IMG/VR virus record: IMGVR_UViG_3300005512_000040
Location: 1 to 57,231 of that record
Reading direction: 5' to 3' (one strand)
DNA: 57,231 bases
Source: a virus
Lineage: Duplodnaviria > Caudoviricetes
The position numbers were made by a program, and so were the translations under genes. The notes beneath the pieces are model-generated. The model saw nothing but the letters and a program-made list of their open reading frames with translations, was not told where the DNA came from and did no database searches. The number at the start of each line of letters is the position of its first letter. The first letter of the stretch is position 1. Below, piece by piece: positions 28,501-37,285 of this stretch.

Positions 28501-29220
28501 GCATCCAGCCCTGCCGCGTCGAGCATCGGCATTATCAACGTGGCAGACAACAGCAAGAACGCTGACGGCACTGTTGATACTGAACTTACGTCCACCACGT
28601 CCGTCAACCTTAACGAGAGTTGGTTGGCTGGCGGGTACTTCCTTGAGGACGGAGTTTCCGTCAACCGCGCAGCCTCCGTGATCCCGGTCGTCGCTCCCGG
28701 CGGCATAGGCATTTCCAACTCGCTGCGCACGAGCATCAACGTCGATGGAACGGTTGACACTACGCTGGTTTCGTCTACTGCTCAGAGCCACACGTCAACC
28801 GCCTTCCCGTACTACACGCCGTCGTCCACGCGCATCACCGAGTTGTTTAGAGGAAGCTCGACAGTTCCCGCATATAGTGGTACAAATTATGGCGGAATCA
28901 CGGCGAGTTACAGTTCGGATGGCACGCTTACCGGAACGATTCAGAAGGTAACGCTTGACGACAACACGTATCCGGTTGGTCAGTCGTCAACGGCAAGCAA
29001 GACCGTCTACTTTTTGATGCACCATAGCGGCGAAACGAAACGCAGGGGGGTGGTAATACTACAGACAAAGCGCGTTCACTCAAACATTTCGGATGCAATG
29101 AGTGCGATTGACGGAACGGATGGAATACCAGGATACAAGCCCCGCGTGACACACATGAACGGCAAGGTCATTTCGACCCGCTATGATGTGGTTAGCTGGG
29201 GCAACGAGGTAGACATATAG
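25585..29220 (+). CDS. 1211-aa Ser/Thr-rich protein with ~60-aa tandem repeats
   Basis: Recurring N.DGT...(S)RTS and SSxGI/V motifs; nucleotide repeat GCCACAGACGGCGGGACCGGC at 26893 and 27073. Confidence 0.85.
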   Translation: MTSPILATALSNSTALLRSYTVDPQLGKVIELVRTWEHIDSRYAESLVDSMSTTGPVINPVASSSVYSGTWYRANDIGAEQMPMQDHIIIVETLVPDTLGSKTYSHAVNCRESRTVELFYDLTAGQIDTVLADYASSSRGHYYNVNVSRNNNGTWDVIVVDRVGQAYTDAEFTSADSTDSIDRTQRKYNQSNTTLSRSPSQGVTVTADMTLNEFCLWDKTERGTTSKEHGVATHINRAASGVIETRTVDLNERSVPVDATSSQGIVNTQEVAKQQDGTYDIVQNSQTSVPLDADGNRIAAGFTEAVSTTENSRSEITASDGGIGVVTSAQNAPNVDGTYNSQLTSRTSLQLDVTANAAATGFTTSTTRQRNARAVLTAASQQGVTQESDANKNDDGTIDTNLRSRTSVPLTADGNTDADGYTESVSATDNSRTEIVATDGGTGVINSAQNNANDDGTWNARLTSRTSIPLESDGNAIAEGYTEAVSTTENSRSEVVATDGGTGIINTAQNNPNDDGTFNAQLRSRTSLPQAVAGNESAIGYERSSTRLRNQTATPAAPAASIGIINENDWSKNEDGTSDGTIRSTTTISQTTTSGETAVGYSEDGTIVDHGTVALDDSGSSVGVTVRANNRNNPDGTFNSERTVRSVTTQDVSSGEVAIGYDESTTRFRDQQSAPVLAGPSTGIINTTDTSKNTDGTVDGVVRSRTAKAQFANGGENAIGYAEESQRFRDKSTSTPVSTASIGIVYSTEASRNIDGTESGVVRSRTANALFANGNENAEGYVSSATNLRNQHAQSAAPASSVGVINEANWRRGDDGTYDGTLNSRTSIEQQADGEETAIGEYTSTTRLDNTQQTLVATSSIGVTEVVDARKNADGTDNVVKRSSTRNELEAQGTEYADAYTSSRTNVNGAQAQLTAPAASTGVITSADSQRERDGTYRGAITSRTSISQTTTAQTLAEGQIRSTTKLRNETAASSPAASSIGIINVADNSKNADGTVDTELTSTTSVNLNESWLAGGYFLEDGVSVNRAASVIPVVAPGGIGISNSLRTSINVDGTVDTTLVSSTAQSHTSTAFPYYTPSSTRITELFRGSSTVPAYSGTNYGGITASYSSDGTLTGTIQKVTLDDNTYPVGQSSTASKTVYFLMHHSGETKRRGVVILQTKRVHSNISDAMSAIDGTDGIPGYKPRVTHMNGKVISTRYDVVSWGNEVDI

Positions 29221-29231
29221 GGGGATGACGG

Positions 29232-30392
29232 ATGAAAGTGTTTAGCACAGACTACTTGTTCAAGAAGGACGGAATGCCGTGGCTGCTTCCGTTCATGCAG
29301 TACGTAAGCGTGAACGAAGAGGGCGGACAGGTCGAGCAGTTGTGTCGTAGCGCCGCGCAGACAATCGACTTCCGCATGAGCGACTTTGCCAGCTACGAGC
29401 GGCGGTACGGCGGACAGGACGCCAACGGTAAGCGGATTGCAGTCGTGCGGATGTGCGGCATTGGCGACCAGTTGATTGTGTCTGCCGTTATCCACTACAT
29501 CAAGGCGCTGTACCCGCGCGCAATCATCCACGTCTACACCGTTCCGAGCTATGCGTCAACCGTATGGCAGAACCACCCAGACGTGAGCATCAGCGAGGCG
29601 TTGCCGCTTCCGACCACGCTACAGGTCATGCAGTCGTACGACTATCACATCTGCTATGACGGCATGCAGGAAATGAACGTCGAGCGCAACCAGAACAACT
29701 GCTATGACGATATGTTCGAGTTTGCTGGGCTTTACGACGTACCGGATTGCTTCAAGCGCCCGTTCATTGCCGCACTCCCGTCAGACGACGATTACGCCAA
29801 TAAGCTAGGGGCCGATTTGCGCAAGAAGCATTTTGTGTACGTGGCGCACACGTCCGCACCGCAGCGCAACTATCCGTGGGCCACGCACGGCAAGCGCGTT
29901 GTCGAGGGGTTGCTGGAACGCTATCCCGATGCCAATGTGTATATCAGCACAGAGTTGAAGATTGAGCCGCCCGTTGACGATCCGCGCTGCATTGTGCTTG
30001 GCGACATGCCGAACTGGAGAAGCATCATTCCGTTCTTGCGCACGGCGTCTGCCGTCATCACGCCCGATACTGGCATTGGTCACTTGGCGGCATGCTGGCC
30101 CGAGATACCGGTTGTTAGCCTTTGGGGGTCGTTTAGCTATGAGTGCCGCGCACTTTACTACCCGAACCACCACCCGCTGACGGCAGAGACGTGTCCGCAT
30201 GCTCCGTGCTACAAGCATGGCGTCCAGTTGCCGGTGCATCTGTGCAAGGACTGCACGACGTTCGACCCGCAAATCAATGCTTGTGGTGCGATAGTTGGAA
30301 TCACGCCAGAGCAGGTGTTGGAGAAGGTGTCGGAGTTGGTTCCGATTAAGCGCATGCCGCCAGTCGAGCCCCCGCCCCCGCTTGAGGAATAG
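29232..30392 (+). CDS. Glycosyltransferase family 9-like
   Basis: RMCGIGDQL; ITPDTGIGHLAA...VVSLWG; CPHAPC. Confidence 0.85.
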   Translation: MKVFSTDYLFKKDGMPWLLPFMQYVSVNEEGGQVEQLCRSAAQTIDFRMSDFASYERRYGGQDANGKRIAVVRMCGIGDQLIVSAVIHYIKALYPRAIIHVYTVPSYASTVWQNHPDVSISEALPLPTTLQVMQSYDYHICYDGMQEMNVERNQNNCYDDMFEFAGLYDVPDCFKRPFIAALPSDDDYANKLGADLRKKHFVYVAHTSAPQRNYPWATHGKRVVEGLLERYPDANVYISTELKIEPPVDDPRCIVLGDMPNWRSIIPFLRTASAVITPDTGIGHLAACWPEIPVVSLWGSFSYECRALYYPNHHPLTAETCPHAPCYKHGVQLPVHLCKDCTTFDPQINACGAIVGITPEQVLEKVSELVPIKRMPPVEPPPPLEE

Positions 30393-30394
30393 CA

Positions 30395-30991
30395 ATGATA
30401 CGCACCGACGTACTAGAAACAGAGTTGGCCGAGACGAGGCAGCAGATGGTTGAGGTTCTCAACCGTCTGCAATCTCTGGAGTTCAACGAGCAGACGCTTG
30501 AGGACATGGACCCCGACACGGCGAACATTGAGACGTACGACGCGCGGTTCTGTGCGGACTACTCGGCAACGGCAGCAACCGTAATAGGCACTGTTGGATA
30601 TTCGACCATTGATGTTGTTGGGATATTCGAAGATGACCCATACTCTGAGGCGGGAGGCGTTGTAACGATATCGAGCGACACGAACACCGACGGATCTCGC
30701 TTTGGGGTCGTTGGCTCCGTGACGTACAAACTGGAGTTGAGTGCCGCTACTCAGTCTGCCAATATAACCGTGTCGTCAAGGCTTACGGCTGGGGGGGCGC
30801 AGTCAAACCAGCAGGAATCAGCATATCTATCTACAACGTCCACGACGGTTGGGTACATAAACATAGCTCATACGAGGATTCAGGAAGGCAGCGGGAACGT
30901 AAGCCTAAGCGCTATCTTCACGTCCACGAATGCGGCCACGGTGGAAGCAATCAATGCAGACCTCTCCATCCACCAGATAGAGGAATCGTAG
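30395..30991 (+). CDS. Hypothetical virion protein
   Basis: N-terminal coiled coil followed by a beta-rich domain. Confidence 0.6.
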   Translation: MIRTDVLETELAETRQQMVEVLNRLQSLEFNEQTLEDMDPDTANIETYDARFCADYSATAATVIGTVGYSTIDVVGIFEDDPYSEAGGVVTISSDTNTDGSRFGVVGSVTYKLELSAATQSANITVSSRLTAGGAQSNQQESAYLSTTSTTVGYINIAHTRIQEGSGNVSLSAIFTSTNAATVEAINADLSIHQIEES

Positions 30992-30992
30992 G

Positions 30993-31901
30993 ATGAAAAC
31001 GGTTGTCTATAGCACAACGACGGCATGGAACGTCGGCGACGATTACATTCGCGCTGGCGTTGAGTTGCTTGTCGATGAGGCGCTGGGAGAAACGCCGTCC
31101 GTCATGCTGCACGACCGAAACCCTCGCATGAGCGGACAACACTTCACGGCACCCAACGCCACGGCAAACCGCATGTTTGACGGCATCGGTCTGCGCGGAG
31201 TCGATTTGATCGTGATTGCCGGTACGCCAGATTGGGGCAAGAGCAATGCCGAGTTGTATCGCAAGGCGGCCGAGTTGAACATCCCGATTTGGTTCATTGG
31301 CATAGGCGGCGTATCTGACGCGCACCTTGCCGAGCATGTCGTGGCGTGTCCAGAAGCGGTGCGAGCACTTGAGCGTGCAGAGGTTGTCATTGCGCGTGAC
31401 GACTTGGCGCGACTGTATGCACAGAGGTTTGCGAGCGTTGACGTGCGCGTGTTGCCATGTCCGGCCATGCTTGCCGGTTTGCGGTACGGGCTACTTGGCG
31501 GCAATAAGCGTGGCGAGGCAATCATCACAAGCGACGCACGAGCGGTTATGCATTGTGCCATGAACGACTACACGTCTGGTGCATGCAGCGCCGACTTGGT
31601 GTGTCACAGCACGTTTGAGCGCGACATCCTGGCAAACCGTGGATACAAGGTCTTCACGCACTACGATCCATCCGAGTTGCTTCGATTCGTGGCGCGTCAC
31701 AAGGTTGTTCGTTCGGGTCGTCTGCATGGGGCAATATCGGCGTTGGGTTGCGGGTGCGATGTAAGCATTTTGGACGGTTGCGATGAACGTATTGTGCGTG
31801 GGTTTGGGGTTGCCAGTGAGTATTCATGTGACATCGACGGACTCAAGAACGAATACATGGCGATAATCAACGAACGCCACACACAGAAAGCAGGTGATTG
31901 A
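30993..31901 (+). CDS. Polysaccharide pyruvyl transferase family protein
   Basis: NVGDDYI; IGIG; ARD; LPCPA; GRLHGAI. Confidence 0.82.
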   Translation: MKTVVYSTTTAWNVGDDYIRAGVELLVDEALGETPSVMLHDRNPRMSGQHFTAPNATANRMFDGIGLRGVDLIVIAGTPDWGKSNAELYRKAAELNIPIWFIGIGGVSDAHLAEHVVACPEAVRALERAEVVIARDDLARLYAQRFASVDVRVLPCPAMLAGLRYGLLGGNKRGEAIITSDARAVMHCAMNDYTSGACSADLVCHSTFERDILANRGYKVFTHYDPSELLRFVARHKVVRSGRLHGAISALGCGCDVSILDGCDERIVRGFGVASEYSCDIDGLKNEYMAIINERHTQKAGD

Positions 31902-31902
31902 A

Positions 31903-33114
31903 ATGGCATTCAGGTCAGCACTAGGCGGCATTAGGGGAAAGGTAAGCGCGGCGGGGTTGACTCCGAAGCGTGGAGATTTTGCGGCATTTGCGACGGACCC
32001 AGAGACGGGCGAGTTCGTGTCTGACGTTGTGACAGACACTCCGGCTGGCAGGCGGGTTGCTGGCGCTGCCGGAGTTGGGGCCAGAGCTCCAAGGAACACG
32101 CAGGTTGGTTCGTTGTCCGAGCGCATCAGGACGGCACAGGGTCTTGCCGCACAGATGGGGTCTGGCGGCTTTGGTCTTGCTCCGGCGATGCGGGAAGCGC
32201 CGACGGCTGATGGCATGTCACCGGCGGCACAACTGCGCGAGAGGCAGGTGCTTGGTGGTGCGGGAAGCGTTGCCGAGCAGCGTCGTGTGCGTGCTCGCAT
32301 GAACCAGATTCTATCCGAAAGGATGGCTACGAGGCAGGCGGCGAAGACGGCGGCAGAAGCGCAGGCAGACAGAGAAGCTGGAATTGCGAGGGCTACAGAA
32401 CCAGCCAGAATCAGAGCAGAGGCACAACTTGCCGAGGCCGGAATCCAGCAAGAGATTTCACGGGCAGAGATTGACGCCCGTGCAGCATCCGACGCGGTGA
32501 CCGCAGACATTGCTCGTGAACGCATCCAAGCAGACCGCGACATTGCCGAGCGCAATAGCATGAGCGCAGAAGACCGCGCACGAATCAAGAGTGAGGGTGA
32601 CATTGCCGTTGCCCGCATCAAAGAAGGCTCGCAAGATCCGACAGACTTTGCGGCGGCTGCGGATGGAATCGTTGAATCAATGTCAAAACTGGCGGTCGAG
32701 ATTGAGAAAGCAAATGCCGATGCCGCCACCGCAAAGGAAGCAAAAGACCCTACTCGCGAAACGGCAAGCAGAGAGCGTGCGGCGTCTCTACAGGTGGCGT
32801 TGGACGACATGAACGGCCTTCGTGGACTCATGGCGGAACGTGCGGCGGAAGGGCTTGTCGCGCGACCGGCATCGCCAGCAGACGATACTGCCGTGATTGA
32901 CGCCGAAGGTCTTGCTGGGTCTGGTGTGGCGTCAGAGGGCGCGTTTGACCGAGCGCGCCAAATGGACATCAACGGAGACGGCGAGACAAGCCCAGACGAG
33001 ATTGAGTTCAACACGATTGACGTCATAATGAAGCAGAATCCAGACATGCCAGCAACGAAGCGCGAGAGACTTCGCAAGCGTCAGTCTGAATTGAGAGAAG
33101 TTTTGGGGCTGTAA
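31903..33114 (+). CDS. Putative internal virion (ejection) protein
   Basis: Ala/Arg/Glu-rich helical protein upstream of the large virion protein. Confidence 0.6.
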   Translation: MAFRSALGGIRGKVSAAGLTPKRGDFAAFATDPETGEFVSDVVTDTPAGRRVAGAAGVGARAPRNTQVGSLSERIRTAQGLAAQMGSGGFGLAPAMREAPTADGMSPAAQLRERQVLGGAGSVAEQRRVRARMNQILSERMATRQAAKTAAEAQADREAGIARATEPARIRAEAQLAEAGIQQEISRAEIDARAASDAVTADIARERIQADRDIAERNSMSAEDRARIKSEGDIAVARIKEGSQDPTDFAAAADGIVESMSKLAVEIEKANADAATAKEAKDPTRETASRERAASLQVALDDMNGLRGLMAERAAEGLVARPASPADDTAVIDAEGLAGSGVASEGAFDRARQMDINGDGETSPDEIEFNTIDVIMKQNPDMPATKRERLRKRQSELREVLGL

Positions 33115-33117
33115 ACA

Positions 33118-36100
33118 ATGGCTACAGACGTAAGCGACTTGATTGAAGAGTTCTCTGGGAAACCACGGCAGAAGGAGCAGACGGACGTTTCTGACCTGAT
33201 ATCCGAGTTCTCTCCGCGCCCAGAGACTCCGCAAGTCGCAACGCCCAAGCCGCAAACCGATGTCTCTGACATAATCTCAGAGTTCGGACAGCGGCGCGCG
33301 TCACAACCGGCACGGACGCAACCGCCCACAGACGTAAGCGATCTGATTGCCGAGTTTGCGCCTCGTGCCACCGCCCCGTCACCCGCCCGTCGCGGCTTTC
33401 GCTTTGGCCCTCCCGCCGACACAGCGGCTTCATCCACCGCTGGTCCTGACGCCGAGCCGACTACCGGCGCAAGGGTTCCTCCTGTCGGCGGAGAGGGTGT
33501 TTCTCCTATCGTCCCAGAACAAGCAGCGGGTGCGCCCCTTGCCGGTCCAATTGGTCGAATAGCCGTTGGTTCGGCAAAGGCCGGAGCACAGTCCATACAG
33601 GCTCTTGGTGGTCTGTTCGAGTTCATCGAGAAGACCAACCCAATAGTAGCCCAAACTCGACTGGTTGAACGCGCATTGTCTCGCGGGAAGAAAGAGACGA
33701 TAACCACTCGTGTTGGGCGCATGATTTCTGGGTTCGGAAAGAGTAGACTCTCAGAACTAAGCAAGGCTTTCCCAATAGAACAGATACGACAGAACGGAGA
33801 GTGGAACCTTTCGGCAATGCGCAATCCGGCGTTCTGGACAGAGAACATCTCACAGGGCTTGACGAGCATGAGCACGGCGTTCGCTGCCGGTGGCGGTACG
33901 GCTGCTGGTGGGGCGGCAGCCGGTGCAATCATGGAGGCTTCTCCGTTCTACCAGTCGCTTAAGGCTGGCGGGGCGTCTGAACAAGAGGCTCAACTCAAGG
34001 CAATGGCTTTCGGAATGTCTGTCGCCGCGCTTGAGAAGATAGGTTTGGACAAGGTTCTGGCTGGTGGCGGAAAGCGAAAGCTGCTGCGCGTTCTTGTGGG
34101 CGGCATAACAGAGTCGTTGTCAGAGGGTGCAGAGGCACCGGTCGAGAAGGCGATTGAACTGATTGGCAAGGAAGGCGTGACTCTAAAAGAGGGCGCGGAA
34201 CAGGTGCTTGAAGCCGCGTTTGAGGGCGTCAACGCCATGCCTGGTGCTTTTGGTGCCGGAACCGCGATAAGCACCGTGTCGAATATCGTACAGCAACCAG
34301 ACGCCGTTGCGCCAGAAGGTACGGAATCAGTCGCACCGACAGAACAACAAATCACACAGGAGGCCCCAGATGCCGAAGAAGTTGGACCGTTGCGTACGGA
34401 AGGTGAAGTCGCGCAGCACGAAGGTGAACCCGTGGGCCGTGTGCCAGATGTCGTTGAAGAGGGGGCGGCGAGGGCGCAAGAGGCGGTAGGGGATGAGGGC
34501 ATTGTTCCTCCTAGAGTTGAGCCAGAAGCAACCGCCCCACCCGCAATCCCAGAAGCACCAGAAGTTGCCCCCGTCACCGCCAAATCACCGGCAGACATGA
34601 ACCTGTCAGAGTTGCGCGCAGAGGCACAGGCGCGGGGGCTGTCAAGCAAGGGCACCGTCAAGGGGCTGCGGGATAGGTTGGACCGCTCTGCCGTAGCGGA
34701 GGCCAACAGGAGAAACTTCATTGACGCAGAACCGCGAACAGCAGAACCAGGAGAGTCGGACTTCATTCGGCAGCAGCGCGAGAATGACGCCAACGTAGAT
34801 GCATGGCGAAAGAGGCATTCACGAGACGCCATCAGTGCTTTGCGCTCTGAAATCGTGGACCGCCAAGGAGACGTTAAGAGGGCGCTAGAGGATGTTGGTG
34901 GAGACGAAGCGGTACAGCGGCTTGTTCTCAGGCAGGGTGCCGGAGCAGAGTCGGCGCGTCAGTTCCGCGAAACAGAGGCAGAGATAAACGAAATCCTGCC
35001 ACGTCAAGACCGCGAGCTAATGAAGGACTTTATCGCCGCCAACCGCCTAGTAGAAGCCACAAACCTACAGGCTGGCAGGGGCGTTGAGTTGAAGTCGCCG
35101 GTTGAGGCGGAAGCGGCTCAGCGGTGGCTTGACACAGAGTACAGAAGTCTCCCACAGGAGCAGCGGCAAAGAATTGAGTTGGCGTCAGAGCGGTATTGGG
35201 GCGCTATGCGTGGTCAGTTGGACGCATTGCGCCAAGAAGGGCTAGTGAGCCAAGAGGCTTATGACGACTTGATTGCGAACCACCAGTTCTATTCGCCTCG
35301 CGTATTCGTTGACTTTGTTGACCCACAGAGTTCAAAGCCTTCTGGCGAGCGATCCCACGACAGCGGAATAAGAGCATTGGATAAGGGCAGCGAGTCCGCG
35401 CTGGTGCAAGACCCAATGTACCTGCTGGCGCACGTCATAACCAGAACGCAGAATCGCGTGTTCCGTAATAGAGCATCGAAGGCACTAATGGCAACCGCAG
35501 AGAACGCGCCAGACAATGCAGTTGTGAGGGTTCTCGAAGACGGACAGGATGCAGCGCGAGACGAAGGCGTTGTTACGGTGTTTGAAGACGGGCAAGAGAC
35601 TCGCATGGCGATGCCCAAGAAATTGGCAGAAGAATGGGACGGTCTGCCGCCCGCGCTTGGTAGCGATATGGCAACATTTCTACAGTGGGCATCCGGTACT
35701 CGCGTCCTCAAGACGCTGGCCACAGGCGCAAACCCAGAGTTCGCAATCAGCAACCTTCCTCGCGATGCCATGTACGCATGGTTTAGCAGCGGACAGTACA
35801 GCAGCGTGTTGCCAAAGGCGATGGGACAAATGCTTGGCGACTACGGCAGGGTCATGGGCGACACGATAAAGCGCACCGGAGCATACACCGACTACGTTAA
35901 GCAGGGTGGCGGCATGGACTTCCTTACAACGCAGGGTATGTCCAGAAAACCAGGAATAGAGGGTGGAAGCAAGGTTGCCAGAAAGATTGGAGATATACTG
36001 GCGTGGGCTGGAGAAACGTCTGAAATTGCGACAAGACTAGCCGTAAGGGAGAGGGCGATACGTAACGGACTGTCTCCAGAACAGGCAACATTTCAGGCTC

Positions 36101-37224
36101 GCAACATGCTGGACTTCGCGCAGGGAGGAACGTTCGCCAAGGCCGCAGACAACGTGATTCCGTACCTGAACGCAGCAATACAGGGTACTCGCGGAGGGTT
36201 TCGCGCCTTCAAGACCAACCCGAAAGTGGCGTCGTTCAAGGCGGCACAACTTGCGTCTATGGGTTACGCAATGGCGCAGGCTACAGCGGCATTGGCTCCG
36301 GCGTTGTGGAACTCACTCAGCGACCGCGAAAAGGCTACCAAGTGGATAATTCCGCTGCCTTCCACGCGCAAGGACAGGAACGGAAACGACCGGCACGCAT
36401 ATCTCGCTATCCCCAAGGATCAGTTCCAGCAAACGTTTGCGGCAATCGGACAGAGTTTCGCCGATGGAGCGAACGGAAACCCGTGGGGCAGGCAGATAAT
36501 CAACTCCATTTCGTCCATGATTCCGGTCGAGGCTTCTGGCACGTTGCCGCCAATCGCAAACGCTGCCCTTGCATACTTCGGCAACTACGACACGTGGACG
36601 CAAGAGAACGTCTGGCGCGGGTACAAAGACATAAGCGCAAGCAAGGAACAGTCTTGGCGCACACCAGAGGTTGCCGTTGATATAGCGGAAGCTGCGGCGA
36701 AGGCTGGCATACAGATAAGCCCAGAACGGTTGGCTACGGCAACTACAAAGGTTGTTCCGACATCGAATCCTATCGGCGTTCTGTTGTCGTCTGCGTATGG
36801 GACCGGAACACCAGACAAGCAACTTGGAAAGACGGTCGTTGAGAAGGTTCGAGCAGCGCCTGGTCTCAGGAGGATTCTTCGATTCTCGCCGCCTTCAAAC
36901 GTCCAGCCGAGAACAACAGAAGAAGCGGAACGCCTGGGTGTTGGAACGGAAGGCAAAACAGAACGGCAGGCTCGTGAAACTGTGCGTGAAGCCAAGGTTG
37001 AACAGGCAGACGTAAGACAACCGCTGAATGTTGGACTAGACACGTTCATGGCACAGCAGAAGCGTACGCAAGGCGAAGTGCGAGCGTGGATTATGCGAAA
37101 CGCATCTGATGACAAGGAACGTCAGAGACTTTGGAATCGCGCACGGTCACGTTCTCGCGGAACGATTAAGGGAACATTCTCTGGTTCAAGCACCCGCCGC
37201 AGAGAATCGCGCACAAGACGTTAG
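33118..37224 (+). CDS. Large internal virion / polyvalent-type protein with SAP motif and LPD38-like C-terminal region
   Basis: TDVSDxIxEF four times; LSELRAEAQARGLSSKGTVKGLRDRL; NPEFAISNLPRD; LDFAQGG...IPYLNAAIQG. Confidence 0.75.
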   Translation: MATDVSDLIEEFSGKPRQKEQTDVSDLISEFSPRPETPQVATPKPQTDVSDIISEFGQRRASQPARTQPPTDVSDLIAEFAPRATAPSPARRGFRFGPPADTAASSTAGPDAEPTTGARVPPVGGEGVSPIVPEQAAGAPLAGPIGRIAVGSAKAGAQSIQALGGLFEFIEKTNPIVAQTRLVERALSRGKKETITTRVGRMISGFGKSRLSELSKAFPIEQIRQNGEWNLSAMRNPAFWTENISQGLTSMSTAFAAGGGTAAGGAAAGAIMEASPFYQSLKAGGASEQEAQLKAMAFGMSVAALEKIGLDKVLAGGGKRKLLRVLVGGITESLSEGAEAPVEKAIELIGKEGVTLKEGAEQVLEAAFEGVNAMPGAFGAGTAISTVSNIVQQPDAVAPEGTESVAPTEQQITQEAPDAEEVGPLRTEGEVAQHEGEPVGRVPDVVEEGAARAQEAVGDEGIVPPRVEPEATAPPAIPEAPEVAPVTAKSPADMNLSELRAEAQARGLSSKGTVKGLRDRLDRSAVAEANRRNFIDAEPRTAEPGESDFIRQQRENDANVDAWRKRHSRDAISALRSEIVDRQGDVKRALEDVGGDEAVQRLVLRQGAGAESARQFRETEAEINEILPRQDRELMKDFIAANRLVEATNLQAGRGVELKSPVEAEAAQRWLDTEYRSLPQEQRQRIELASERYWGAMRGQLDALRQEGLVSQEAYDDLIANHQFYSPRVFVDFVDPQSSKPSGERSHDSGIRALDKGSESALVQDPMYLLAHVITRTQNRVFRNRASKALMATAENAPDNAVVRVLEDGQDAARDEGVVTVFEDGQETRMAMPKKLAEEWDGLPPALGSDMATFLQWASGTRVLKTLATGANPEFAISNLPRDAMYAWFSSGQYSSVLPKAMGQMLGDYGRVMGDTIKRTGAYTDYVKQGGGMDFLTTQGMSRKPGIEGGSKVARKIGDILAWAGETSEIATRLAVRERAIRNGLSPEQATFQARNMLDFAQGGTFAKAADNVIPYLNAAIQGTRGGFRAFKTNPKVASFKAAQLASMGYAMAQATAALAPALWNSLSDREKATKWIIPLPSTRKDRNGNDRHAYLAIPKDQFQQTFAAIGQSFADGANGNPWGRQIINSISSMIPVEASGTLPPIANAALAYFGNYDTWTQENVWRGYKDISASKEQSWRTPEVAVDIAEAAAKAGIQISPERLATATTKVVPTSNPIGVLLSSAYGTGTPDKQLGKTVVEKVRAAPGLRRILRFSPPSNVQPRTTEEAERLGVGTEGKTERQARETVREAKVEQADVRQPLNVGLDTFMAQQKRTQGEVRAWIMRNASDDKERQRLWNRARSRSRGTIKGTFSGSSTRRRESRTRR
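34370..34489 (+). CDS. Nested out-of-frame 39-aa basic protein
   Basis: AGGAGG-N6-ATG; MPKKLDRCVRKVKSRSTKVNPWAVCQMSLKRGRRGRKRR. Confidence 0.55.
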   Translation: MPKKLDRCVRKVKSRSTKVNPWAVCQMSLKRGRRGRKRR

Positions 37225-37285
37225 AATACTGGTACGAGAATACGCAATCATGTATAGTAATAGCATACAGAAAGGGCAACGACGC

